Below are positions 52,301 to 64,000 of a DNA stretch of 64,000 nt, in pieces. This stretch comes from Seison nebaliae (lineage: Eukaryota). The position numbers and the translations under genes are program-made. The notes under the pieces were generated by a model, which worked only from the letters and a program-made list of their open reading frames with translations, had not been told where the DNA came from and did no database searches. The stretch's first letter is position 1. Each line of letters opens with the position of its first letter. Location: assembly GCA_023231475.1 (NCBI GenBank), contig JALJEE010002051.1, forward strand, positions 1 to 64,000, given 5' to 3'.

Positions 52301-53078
52301 GTTGGAAAAGAATGGGAAATATGTCGCTGAGAGTTGTCTCTCAATCAAAACTCGTCCGGGTCATCGTATTCATCTTCAATTCTTTACTATGTCCACTGTC
52401 AATTGTTCCAGGAATAATCTGATAATATTCGATGGTTCTTCTGGAAATCTAAAGAACATAACGGGTGAATTATGTGGATTGGAATCATATCCGATGATTG
52501 TCGATTCACTGTCGAACGTTCTCGTATTGAGATGGAAAGAAGAGTTCGAGAAAAGACATATGTTGAGGAAGAATTTATATAAACTAGTTAAACGGTCTCA
52601 GTTTAATTTCCGGTTGAAATGGTCGACATTGTGTGGTAGCAATCATCTGAGGAGTAATATCAATCGAATACGACGAATTTATTCTCATCCATATTTCGGG
52701 TTGAAAAATTACGGTAAACAATCGAGTAATTGCCAATGGATCATCACGGCTGAAAATGAGAAATTAGCAAATAATCAAATTAAATTATTGAGCCCATATG
52801 CACAATGTGTGAAGATCTTCGTTGTACGTTATCATTTGGAGAAAGAATATTACAAAGATAAAAACGAATGTTTCGATTCATTACAAATTTATGATTTGGA
52901 TGAGAATGAGAATAAAAAACTCATCACTAAATTATGTGGTAATCATTCAAACGAAACATTGACGTTTGTTTCGAAAGGAAGGAAAATTTTGATAAGTTTC
53001 TCAACCGACTCAATTGCTTCATCCGATGGCTTCAAACTTTATTACACCTCCACCAAATGCCGAAACGGATCCAAATAA
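49340..53078 (+). CDS. Secreted tolloid/BMP1-like CUB-EGF-CUB-CUB protein, about 8 exons
   Basis: Signal peptide MKLSLIIFFFLFYSSINC. CUB (HSPLFPHNYLPDLQCKWMI...FISD...GF), EGF (NGGCQQRC...CSCFDGYEL), CUB (PGHRIHLQF) and CUB (YSHPYFG..NY...CQWII...FSTD...GF). The track ORF 51279-53078 reads through an in-frame GTT..AG intron near 52126-52191. Confidence 0.75.
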
Positions 53079-54444
53079 AATTGGGTTGAGAGAATGAACT
53101 TCTAATTATTGACGTATGAAATCTCGAACACTTTCCAATTATCGAAACGTCTCACGATCATTTCCCTTCCTTTTATTCAAATAAATATTTTTATTTATAA
53201 AACATCATTTAACGACTTTAATGGTGATTTGGATACTTCATCAAAATCAGTCATCGAACAAAAAACTCATGAATAAATTACTCATTCATAAAAAAGTCAT
53301 CCAACGAATAAAATGAAAATAAAATCTTACTTTATTTTCCAGAGTTGATTGACTGACCATAAACAATATTGAGAGTTGAATTATATAAATTGGAACACAT
53401 TCAAAATCTTGATAATATGCAAGAAACATCCAGATAATTAAAATGTCAGTATAATAGAGTTTATCTTATCTTCAATATTGAATTACTGAAAGAAGAAGTT
53501 CAACAATCCAATTAATTTCAACGTTAGTTAATAGTATTATGATTCTTGTAAACGTCAAGCGACGGTTCAAGAAACATAATAAAATGAACGTAGTTGTCGT
53601 TCACAACTTTCATGAAAATATTATTAGTATAATACGTATAAGAAACGTATAATGAAAAACCAAGATTTGTACGTAAATCATTTAATAATTTTATTCATGT
53701 TTCTATGGATGGAACTCCTAAATATATATTTTTTTTATTTATAGAATCAAATTCCTTCGGGGTAAAATAAAATAATATATATATATATATTTATATACAA
53801 TTAATTACTTCTTTTTAATACACGATTTTCAAGTCGTATCTACGTTACGGAAGGACAATATCTAGACAAGGTCACTCTCAATTATTGAGAACTGTATCAT
53901 ATATCATTCAAATATATTTAGTAGAAAAATGATTCTTGAAGAGAATTCCTGTCAGTTTCACATTTAATCGAATTTTCATTTTGAGTATATGTCTTCATAT
54001 ATTTAATATAATTATATGATATATATATAGGTATGATATTTTCACCGGTTTCTTATATTGAAACACAAATTTTCATAGATCACACCGTTCTCGTACGTGT
54101 TGAAGAGTGTGTTGATTATTTGGAAGAAGAATTTTACAAGTGTCTATTTGCTTAATAGTCTATGATTCGATGATTAGAATGATTAATAATTTATTTTTTC
54201 CATATAATATACTTCAATTAATCATATTTCCATGCCATCATATCAAGGGAATAGGAAAGATAAAACTAAATAATGATTCATTTGATGATATGAAATAATG
54301 AATAATTTTTATTCTCTTTTATCATGTTTACCTATCTCCAAATTGGAAAGGAATTTTCCATTCAATCCATTCCATAATTACCTGAAATAGAAATAAATTA
54401 TTTGTTAAACCATCTTATCATCAGTTCGGTACTAATTCGTTAGT

Positions 54445-54730
54445 ATGGCTAGTCTTCGAGAAATCTTCTACAAGTTCGACACCAACAATTCCGGTTTGCT
54501 TTTTCTATTATTTCACCATTTAGAAATGAACGATTTTAGGGACGATAACAAAATCGGAGGCGAGACAAGCATTGGAAGATTATTATACACAAAACAATAT
54601 TGCGTTGCCCTCGTATGACAAAATTGAGGAAATGGTGAGAATAATGTTTGAGATTGGCGATAGTGATCGAGACGAAGAGATAACGTTTGAAGAATTCGCC
54701 AAATTTTTCAAAGAAATGAACAAAAATTAA
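54445..54730 (+). CDS. Small two-EF-hand calcium-binding protein (exons 54445-54493 and 54540-54730), missed by the ORF track
   Basis: Spliced: MASLREIFYKFDTNNSGTITKSEARQAL...MFEIGDSDRDEEITFEEFAKFFKEMNKN*. EF loops DTNNSGTITKSE and DSDRDEEITFEE. Confidence 0.85.
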
Positions 54731-54782
54731 AATAATTTATTTTTTAATAGGAATTATCATTCAAAGGAATTAAAGCATTAAT

Positions 54783-57700
54783 TTATGATGCAGCACAGTC
54801 TCCATATGTACCTAATAAGAAAAATGAAAAATTGAAATTTCTCTTTTCTAAGAACCAAAGAAAAGTAACATTCATATATTATTACTTGTTCTAGACCACT
54901 TTTGTCAGCTAATGCTTCCAAAGCAGCACCTCCACTTATTTCCCAATAGTTTAATAAAAGCCTGTGAAAAGAAAGAATTGCAATAATGGTTATTCAAATG
55001 GTAAATGAACGGTGAATAATCTGAGGCAGGTTTCATATCAACCGCACCAGGTGCTGTTGGAGGTGTGTAAACATGGCGTCTCACTTTATGAAATACACCA
55101 TTCCATATACAAGTTTGAAGCATCCATGAATGCTCAAATTTGGGAGTCGGTTCCACACCTTTGATAGTAACAGCTACTTTCAAACTGCAAGTACCGTCCA
55201 CTTCCACTGAGGTACTGGTAGCCGTACCGTCTAATGGATGAGTAGTAGACGCAGCAGTTTGGGCTGTAAATGTCCCTTTTCTTGTTTCTAAATCAGTTAT
55301 TGCTTTGTCGAGAAGTGCCTTTTTTGCAGTAAAGTAGTTATAAGTGGAGGCTGAAAAAATTGTCAATGTTCTTCAATTAAATAAATTTCCACCTTCTATT
55401 ATAGGTACGTCAGCTGGGTGATAAAATAAGGTAGCTGCCACATCTTCATAAGCTTTCTCTAAACAGAATTTATATAATTTGTTTATGGTCTTCAAAATAA
55501 CCGAATGCTGCACCGACTGTTCCTTGAGAACTTAATTCTTAAAAATAGAGATAATTTATATAATGATATGCTTCTTCTTCTAACGTTCTTCTAAAGATGT
55601 GATTTTCTTTTGTAATAATTCCTCTTTCTTTCCTTTTCCATTACCTAATTCTAAAGTCTCCTGAACGAATTCCAAAGCCTCTTCCAATTCTAAACGAGAC
55701 GAACATTTTCCATTATCTCATTCATTCAACAAATAGAACTTTTTATCGTTTCCTGATACTCCTTTTCTTTCTTTTCGATTGCCGCTTTATTCGATTGCTC
55801 TGCCATGACTAAAGAAACATGATATTTCATTAGTTTTAGTCAAAGATATTAAGATAAACCTAATTCCCCATATTTGCCCGCTATATTTCCCAATTTATAT
55901 TTCCATAATTGTAATTGTCCACCCTTCATGCCCAATTCCACGTACATGTTCTTCGCCACTTCCATCAAAGTTTCATATTGTGATTCTATAAGAGAATAAT
56001 TATTAAGTTCTCTAGAAAAATTATTTAACTCGAATTTTCCGTTTTATTCAACATCGATTTCTTTTCTCTCAATAGTGCGTTTACCTCTTTCAAAATAGAA
56101 AGTTCAGTTAAAATAAGTTAATGCAACGAACCATCGGATAATTGATTCGATTCTTTCGTTTTCTTATCAATCTCGTTCGCTGTTTTATTCAATTCCAAAT
56201 CTTAAAAATATTATTCGATTTTATCGAGAAGAAGAGAAAGATGTACTTGCCGAATTCAATGCAATGTTTCTGAGTGAAATCATATTTTTTTGTTCGTTGA
56301 TTTCTATTTAAAACAAAAGTATGAAATTGACCAATTCGCTTAATGTCTTCAATCAAATAAACCGTTCATCAAATTCACCATGTCATATTTTAATGTATTG
56401 AGATCGAGTTGTTTATTGGCCAAACCTTTTTCGATCGTCGACAATCCAGGTTCCCATTTGATGATCGGACTATTTCGCATGTTCGGACCGTAATACGATC
56501 GACGACTACGTAATTTTTTACCTTTAGGCATCAGGAAATCATTTTCTTTTACTTCATTCAATTCCAATAACAATTCTTCAAAGTTCTTATCAATCTTATA
56601 ATCTGATTTCAGAGGATAAAAATGATAATTATTTGAAATCAATCGAATGTTTAAGAAAGAAACTTCTTGGTTGACATAGTTGTAAATAACTGATTATCTT
56701 GTCGATGAGAATCATTTGCGAATAAATATATTTGAAATCGACATCAAGACGATTGTTGATGATAGCTCGTTGTAAATTATCGAAAATATTCGTAGAATTC
56801 GCTTCATGGACCATCAACAAATAAATCTTCTCCAATTCCTTCTTTCGCTCCATCAACGTCTCTTTGATCTTCTCAATATTCTCCTCTGAAAAACAGACGA
56901 AACATGAAAAAAAATTGAATTTAAAAAAACTTGCAAATTTCGAAAATTCCGTTATATTTTTTAATGTTTCACTGACATTGAAAAATTCTAATTTTGATGA
57001 ATAAAATCGATGAGAATGAAAAGAAGAAACTTGAAGTGATTTGATAGAATTCTGTTAATTTCTCATTAACGTCCTTCTTTCGATTTGTCAATTTCTCATC
57101 TGATCATAAATCGAATGAGAAACATTCTAATAATTTAGATAATTAACTTAAGTTATTTCTTTCGACTTTTGCCTTGTTCAATCGTTGATCTTATACGATA
57201 TGAATTTTATGAATAATTTATGAAAATTTGACTTAATTTATTTATTGATTCATGTTTAATTTTAGCGAAATATTTCAATTGAGAAATTTCTAAAGAAGAT
57301 GAATTAAAAGTAAGTTTGGACAAGTGATGAAATTGGAAACCTTCATTCTTGATCGATATGTCTCGTTTGTATCGTATGCGTTTAGCAGAGATGGAATCTA
57401 ATAAAATTGAAACAATTTCAAATTGAACAATTATAAACTTTTTTTCAAATTATCAATCTTCGTTTTATATTCGAGAATACTTTGCTTGTATTCCTTCACC
57501 AATTTCTCTCGCTTCTTCGTTTCGTCAATTAACATTTGAGAAACTTTTTCTTCTTTAGAAAGTGGTTGAAAACTATTTGACTGGTAAGCATTCTTGGAGA
57601 ATTGTCGAGTTGGTGATTGACGACTGACTGAGAAAAAAAATTAAAATATTTTTGCTTATTTTCTAAAAGAAATTGTTAACAGAAAAATGGAGATCTCTGA

Positions 57701-57964
57701 TAATCTGAAGAAGGAATTTGACAAATTATTCTTCAATGAAAGAATGAGAAATTAAACTGTAAAATTTCGACCTTACTACCGCCGTTCTATCTAGTCCATA
57801 AAGTGAGTGACCTTTTCCTCCCAAAACTGATTAATTATTATAATGAAAATTTTACCAGAAAAATTCAAACAATTACTTCTTGGCAAATAAGAGGGAGGGA
57901 AATTGGAAGAAAACTCAAAAGTTGAGAAAAATAAAATGAAAATTGTGAGGAAAAACATTTCCAT
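54783..57964 (-). CDS. Unknown multi-exon, probably secreted coiled-coil protein (many small exons; structure only partly resolved)
   Basis: Starts with signal-peptide-like MEMFFLTIFILFFSTFEFS. A chain of E/K-rich exons is bounded by GT..AG, there is an RSRRS dibasic site, and the 3' exons join in frame (...LEEQLSSQGTVGAAFEKAYEDV...DYSPLLLNYWEISGG...). It could be more than one gene. Confidence 0.5.
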
Positions 57965-58820
57965 TTAGTATTATTCAAATGTAGTTCATTCCTAGAAGAT
58001 CTATATTTATAAGTTCTATTTAGTTTTAATTAAGTTACTGCTAAATAATTTTGTTGGATTCGTACTTCTGTATGGAAAACGAAATACATTGAAAACATTC
58101 CTTTTTTTCGATATTCACGTGGATTTGTGAATTGAAGGAAGAAAATTGAAAAAAGGAAAACTCAATTCATTTTCTTCTTGAATTTCAAAAATGTTTAAAA
58201 TTATATCGTACTTGATAATTTCGGACGTCAATAATAATTAATTTTCTCTCGAATAATATCGACACACTTATCTCATCAATAATTGATATTCATTCATTAT
58301 TAGAATTTATTTTAATTTATAGAATTTAATTAAATTTGTGAAAAATAATTTCATTGAATTCTTTTGATAATTCTACAATATATATCAGATGAAATCGACC
58401 TTAGAAGGAAGTCAATTACTGATAACTTGTGTAGTGACTTATTTTCTTTACCTCGTTAAGTTGTCCCGACAGCATTTGATTTTATAATAAATAAGATTAT
58501 AAATTCAAATTTAATATGATTGAAATGGAATTCAAATAAAATGATTTTCAATCGAACAAATTGGATGAAAATTTGATAATTATTCGAACAATCGATAGAT
58601 TTCACCGGAACGAAAGATGAAAGTATTAATGGTTTTTATTTCATATGGTATGAATGAGGGGAAGATATTGAGAAGAAATTACGAAGGAATTTAGAGAAAA
58701 ACAAAGAAAATTTTCAATTTGGAATATTATTAATTTTTGGCTTGTCTTGTCACGATTTGCGTCAATGCTGAACGTTCTGTAATAAGAGGACAATAACATT
58801 TTTAGTTGTTTTGACTATTT

Positions 58821-59870
58821 ATGCAACAGTCAATTGACACGTTTACACGAAAAAGTTTGATTGTTGAGTGTCCGAAAAAGAAATATTTGTGGGATAGATG
58901 TCTAATTTTGATGCGTCCTCCCAATAGAAATTCGTACGAATTCGCTGCTAATATCATTAGAGAATCATATAGTGAGATGGATTGGATTGGTGTGCGTGAT
59001 AAAGTGCAACAAGGTATTTTGAGGATGTTGCAAGATAATCAATTTGACAGTCCACAGGAAGTCATCAAACAATTAGTCGTTCCTCTTATTTGTCTTTATT
59101 TCAATCAGGGAACGCGAATTGCTCAAGTTATTCATCGATGTGGACGTGCCACTCGACGATTGTATGATATGGCCCAAGAGTATTTCCAATTGAATAATAC
59201 GGAAACGGTCGATCCAATCGGAATAACATTACCACGATTGATGGTGGTGTGTCCGTTGGAGGCGATGATTGCTCAGACTAAACTTTTTGCTTCTCAATGT
59301 GGAGTACTGATGTATTATCGAGCGCCGTTAGTATATGCGTGTGGGAAAGCGTTGAGAAATGGAGTTTTAGGTGAGAAGATTTGTCGATTACATTTAAATT
59401 CGAGACAAGACATGGACGAATTGGAGACCGATCCCGACAATCAAGAGTACACTATCTACAGTTATTACGCCGACTTAGCCATTCAGTCGTTGACAGTGAG
59501 AGATAAGCCTGTACTCCTCTTTCTCGCAATTGGTTATTCCATTTTTTGTGTGGCAAGAATATTCGTCGACGAGAAACAAGAGACAACAATCGGCACATGG
59601 ACTTTTCGCACATCATTGGGAAGAGGCGAATATAACGTAATTCTTACACCAAGTGCTGTATGTGCAATTGATGCGATGGAGGACGATGAATATGAAATTG
59701 GCATAACTGCCGATTATCCGGTCATGTTTCGATTTTTCAACGATAAGATCTTACCCAATGGATTCCGTCGGAATGTCGACAATTCGAAATATATGTTCTC
59801 CATTTATTGTGTGGGTGAAGGCAACGAATTTATGACTAATCTAATGTATGTCAGTAGTATGGAAGATTAG
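58821..59870 (+). CDS. Intronless 349-aa ORF; N-terminal about 240 aa resemble a Phenuiviridae (phlebo/tenuivirus) nucleocapsid, candidate endogenous viral element
   Basis: Clean ATG-to-TAG ORF, GC-richer than its flanks, with AATAAA at 59920. Motifs RESYSEMD, LICLYFNQGT, YFQL...ITLPRL, LHL...ETDP and ADLAIQS occur in nucleocapsid order. The ORF is probably real; the product call is by eye. Confidence 0.6.
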   Translation: MQQSIDTFTRKSLIVECPKKKYLWDRCLILMRPPNRNSYEFAANIIRESYSEMDWIGVRDKVQQGILRMLQDNQFDSPQEVIKQLVVPLICLYFNQGTRIAQVIHRCGRATRRLYDMAQEYFQLNNTETVDPIGITLPRLMVVCPLEAMIAQTKLFASQCGVLMYYRAPLVYACGKALRNGVLGEKICRLHLNSRQDMDELETDPDNQEYTIYSYYADLAIQSLTVRDKPVLLFLAIGYSIFCVARIFVDEKQETTIGTWTFRTSLGRGEYNVILTPSAVCAIDAMEDDEYEIGITADYPVMFRFFNDKILPNGFRRNVDNSKYMFSIYCVGEGNEFMTNLMYVSSMED

Positions 59871-60075
59871 GAATGAAACGCGAAAAAGTTTTAGTTAATT
59901 TACAGAACATTTTTCATTCAATAAAATCTTCAACAAAATTCAATCAACATCTTAACTTTAACCAAAAACACATTGAAATATCAAAATTCTCCTAAACATC
60001 TTCTCCTCCTCCTTTTCTTTCTCCATCAGAAAATAAAGATGAATTGACTTATGTGAAAGTTTATGAGAAGAAATA

Positions 60076-60836
60076 TTAATTTTCCATCTTATTCACTAAT
60101 TCATTCAATTTGTTCTCGTCGTCAGCTAAATGAAAAAATTTTTAAATATAATATAATAATAAATTTTAAAAGAAGAATAATGAACTTGCATGAGACATGA
60201 GCCATTCTAATGAATCGAATTGAACGTTCATTATCTTTTCGATGTTGAGGAAGGTGTTCGACGAATCTACTTCTTTCATATTCACTCCTTCATCTTCCAA
60301 TTGTGTTTGGATATCACTCATTTCCACATTCATATCTCGTAATTCACCGTTCAGTCGTTCTACCATCCCGAACATTTCCAGACGACTCTGATTCCAATTA
60401 AGATCTTCACGATCTACCAATTCTAACAAATTCGTCGAATTCTCACAAACCTAAATAATCCATAAGAACTATTAATGGCATTTGATATGCAATGGAATAA
60501 GAACCTCTTTTTCGATGGGTTGAAGAAGATCTGAATTCATATTATTCTGTTCATTCTCAATATATTGTAATTCGTCTGAGAGACGTTTCTGTGATTTTTT
60601 CGCACCATCCAAATCTTTCTCTAATTTATCCAACTAAAAATAATCGAATACAAATCCAATAAAAATTTAAATGAAACTTCTGTAAAATTCTTCATCAATA
60701 CCATATCCATATTATTCAATTTTTCCGTCATTCGATAAAATTTATATTCATAATCACTCAATTCCATATTCCATCGATTGATATGTCCCTCCAGATCGTT
60801 GAAAGTTGACGATTTCGTTTCTTTATTCATCATCAT
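60076..60836 (-). CDS. Nup62/Nsp1 C-terminal coiled-coil protein without FG repeats, 4 exons
   Basis: TFNDLEGHINRWNMELSD.E..F, QKRLSDELQYIENEQ and IEKIMNVQFDSLEWL match the Nsp1_C pattern. Three short introns keep the frame. Confidence 0.8.
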
Positions 60837-61323
60837 TATTTTAAAAAAAAATCACCGTAAAATCTGCATTGAAAAGAAATGAGACATGAAATTTTATTAT
60901 TAATATTATTATTCTTTAAATATTCTCCAATTTTAAATTACATAATTTAAATCGAAGAATTTCTTTTCAGAAGGATATTAAACAATCTATTAGAAATCAC
61001 CATTAAATAATTTAGCGCGGTTTTAATACCGAATTTGCGGACATTCCCCTATCGATTAGGAGGAAGAAATGATGAATAAAAATGTATCGGACGTCAATTA
61101 TTGATGGGAAAAGTGTAAATCGATTGGTCAATTCATATTTTGTCGTTATGTTAAATAAATTATTTATTAATTTCAAAAGTTATGATAATCGAGAGGAAAA
61201 AGGAAAAGCCAAAAAATTTGAAGAAAATATCGAAGTAGAAAGATGGGGAGAAAGGGAAAAGAATCCACTTTAAATTTCTCAATAAACGAGCTGTCGCCAT
61301 AGTAAAGGTGAAAACAAAAAAAA

Positions 61324-64000
61324 ATGAATTCTTTATCGATGGCACAGAATACTCTGGAGAAAAAGATAAAAGATCATCTCTTTGATTTTGTTCAGTTTCT
61401 CAATTCCAAAAATTTGGAAGAAATCGAAGAGAAGAATGAAACGATGGAGAATTATCTTTTGAGTCTGTTAGAGAACGAGGAGAAGAATGAAAAGTTATTG
61501 ATCTTTTTCATCAATCTCCTTCTTATTTCCCGATGAAGGATTCCACTTTTGAATTTGTTGAAAGAGGAGATCGATAGAAAGTTAACAGAAGTTATCGAAC
61601 GTCAATCTAATGTGCTTCATCTCTCCATCAATGCTATGATAACGGAAGAGGGAATGAAGAATACAATCAAATCATTAAAATCTCTAGCTATGTTAATTCT
61701 CTTTTTCTCAGACTTTTTCTTTCATTTATTCTTCTTCGTTTCAGTTACAAAGATTTAGTAAAAGAGATTACTCTGAGTCTTGAAGAGAATATTGAACAGA
61801 TCGAATGGAATAGTGAGAATAAGGAGCAGAAGACGAATCAAGAGATTGATCAATATCATTGTAATCAGACAAGTATTGCTTGGACCACATCAACTCAAGA
61901 TGTAGATAGTCATAATGAATGTCCGATGAATAATCCAATTCCATGTCTCATCGATTCATTCGGAAAGATTGGTGAACGATTAGATGTGAGTCTACCAAAG
62001 AATGTTCGATTAAATGCGCTCAATTCTCTATTACATGCATTACCAGCCGATCTCATTATTAGTGATAATTGGAAGTCAATCGAGAATTTATTGTTAGAGT
62101 GTTTACTAGATAAAGATTTGGATATACAACAAAAATCACTTCAATTACATTCTCGTTTACTTGTTCAATCACCTCATCAATTGACAATGTTAGTTTATAA
62201 TAATTTGTGTCGTCACATCGTTGGAATGTTCGTGAAAAAGAAATCGCTTCAAATTTCACTCAAGACGATCGATAAGGAGATAATGTTGGAAGAAGATCAT
62301 TATCAATTACTTCAACGATTCAATATTGTTAAGAATTTCTTGTGCGAAGTCACCAGTTATTGGTTGAGAGCACCCGAATGTTTCGGTGAGTCAGTCATCG
62401 ATTCCACTTTCGAAATGTTCGAAATCGTTGAGGACAAATGTGAGAATCCACAACTATTCTTCCTATATCTGTCGTTGATTGATATCAACGGGATTTGGAT
62501 TACGAAATTAATGTACTCACATTTCGGACGTCAATTAATTTGTCGAATAACGGAAAAATTTCCAGCAATTCTCAAATTTCCTATTCATTTCCTCAAATCC
62601 ATCAAATCAATAAAACTCGATTTTCGACAACCAACCACGACTTATCAGTTGTTCGATGTTGTCTATTGTGGAATTTTTCATTCAGTAAATTTTTTGACTA
62701 AATTCCTCCTTTTCGGAAATACGAGAAACCTACTCAACAAATTGTATTCGGACGACATTTGTCACAGCATCATTCAACTTCTTCTTCATTTTCTATTCCG
62801 TTCTAATTCTCATCATTTCATCAATGTGAAATATTCGATTAGTTTTCTCATAAATAATCGATTGGAGGAATTGGGTGAAATGCAACCGGAATTATTTGAT
62901 GAACAATCCACTTTTAATGTTATATTTCAACCCATCACTCATGTGTTGGAAAGGAAGGAATTCGAATTGTCGAAACTTCTTCAAATCTCCAACATCATAA
63001 ATTGTTTGTTGAAGACGAATAAAGGATTATTCATACTCGCCAATCAATCATCAGTCGTAATAAAATTAATTGATTTTCTCGATTATCTTATCGATCATTC
63101 GTCGGACATCCAACAACAACAACCATTCCATCCTTCTCAAATTGATATTCTGCTAAATTCTTATTTTAAAATTCTCTATCACATTCTCAAATATAAGAAA
63201 TTCTCTTCATTCGAAACGATCCTACAAAAAATTGTGAGAAATCATTTCGATTGTGAGAACGGTTCGATGATGAGGAGAATAAATGAAGAATTAGATGAAA
63301 ATGAAACGATTGGAAATTATTCGAAAGAGACTTCTCTCCTTCATAAATTGAATGAGGAATATAAATTCAATAATTATTCGACTATCGTCATTTATTATGA
63401 AATGTTAAAAGAAACAGATCAACACATTGTCAGGTTACTTGAAGAATTATTTGACAATTTCAAAAAAAAAGAAAATTTCATCAATCATTTATCGTTGATA
63501 GCTGAGTGTCCGAAAGGAATCCGATTTCTCCAACAAAATAATCTCACTCGAATTTGCCTCGAATATTTGTGCAAGAAATTGAATTCGCCTCAATTGGAAT
63601 ACGAGAATTGTCTAGCTCGTTATCGTATCTACTATCAGATATCATCATTGATTAGTGGGAAAGATGGAATTAATTTATTAGATGAATTCCAACCATTAAA
63701 TTTGGTGATGGATAAATTAATTGACGATCATCTCTCAGAGAAGGATGATGTCGAATTAGATGATCATTTTATGAGAATCATAATTTCTAACGAACTTAAT
63801 CTCACCACCTCCAAATCATATATTCAATTACTGCAAATATTCTCGTCGTTCACATCTATCATTAACATCTATCTCAATTCGTCAACATCTCAATCGTCTT
63901 ACGAAACCATTCATCGATTCTTCCATAATTATCTCGTCAATTCTGATAATTATTCCAATTGTGAACTATTGATCACTCTCAATCTACTCTCATATATCAT
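61324..64000 (+). CDS. TBC1D32: Protein broad-minded (TBC1D32/BROMI), 5' part, runs off the window
   Basis: After two short introns, a long open frame from about 61745 reads ERLDVSLPKNVRLNALNSLLHALPADLIISDNW...LLDKD, EVTSYWLRAPE...VIDSTF and LSLIDINGIWITKLMYSHFGR, matching BROMI N-terminal motifs. It is absent from the ORF track, consistent with the frame having no stop before the window ends. Confidence 0.8.

Noticed and set aside
1..64000. Prokaryotic systems (CRISPR arrays, operons, defence islands) or an alternative genetic code
   Set aside because: Genes are spliced animal genes, no repeat-spacer arrays were seen, and apparent internal stops are explained by short introns under the standard code.

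Overview
AT-rich, gene-dense genomic DNA from an animal (invertebrate-like) nucleus, with many 44-66 nt introns, so the ORF track fragments most genes. Recognisable genes, in order: a SUN-domain protein, a divergent GIT-type ArfGAP, a MATH-MATH-BTB protein, CCDC65/DRC2, a GRIP-like multi-PDZ protein, a class B DnaJ, a STK11/LKB1-like kinase, three tRNA-Thr copies (one degenerate), a tolloid-like CUB/EGF protein, a small two-EF-hand protein, an unknown secreted coiled-coil protein, an intronless orphan ORF, an FG-less Nup62-like gene, and the 5' part of TBC1D32/BROMI. Two MITE-like elements are also present. Two observations stand out. (1) Almost every short intron I could reconstruct starts GTT and usually lacks +5 G, while the one long intron uses canonical GTAAGT. 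(2) The intact intronless ORF at 58821-59870 carries, in order, motifs resembling a phlebo/tenuivirus (Phenuiviridae) nucleocapsid, suggesting a possibly domesticated endogenous RNA-virus gene. All homology calls are by eye from remembered family motifs; no searches were run.
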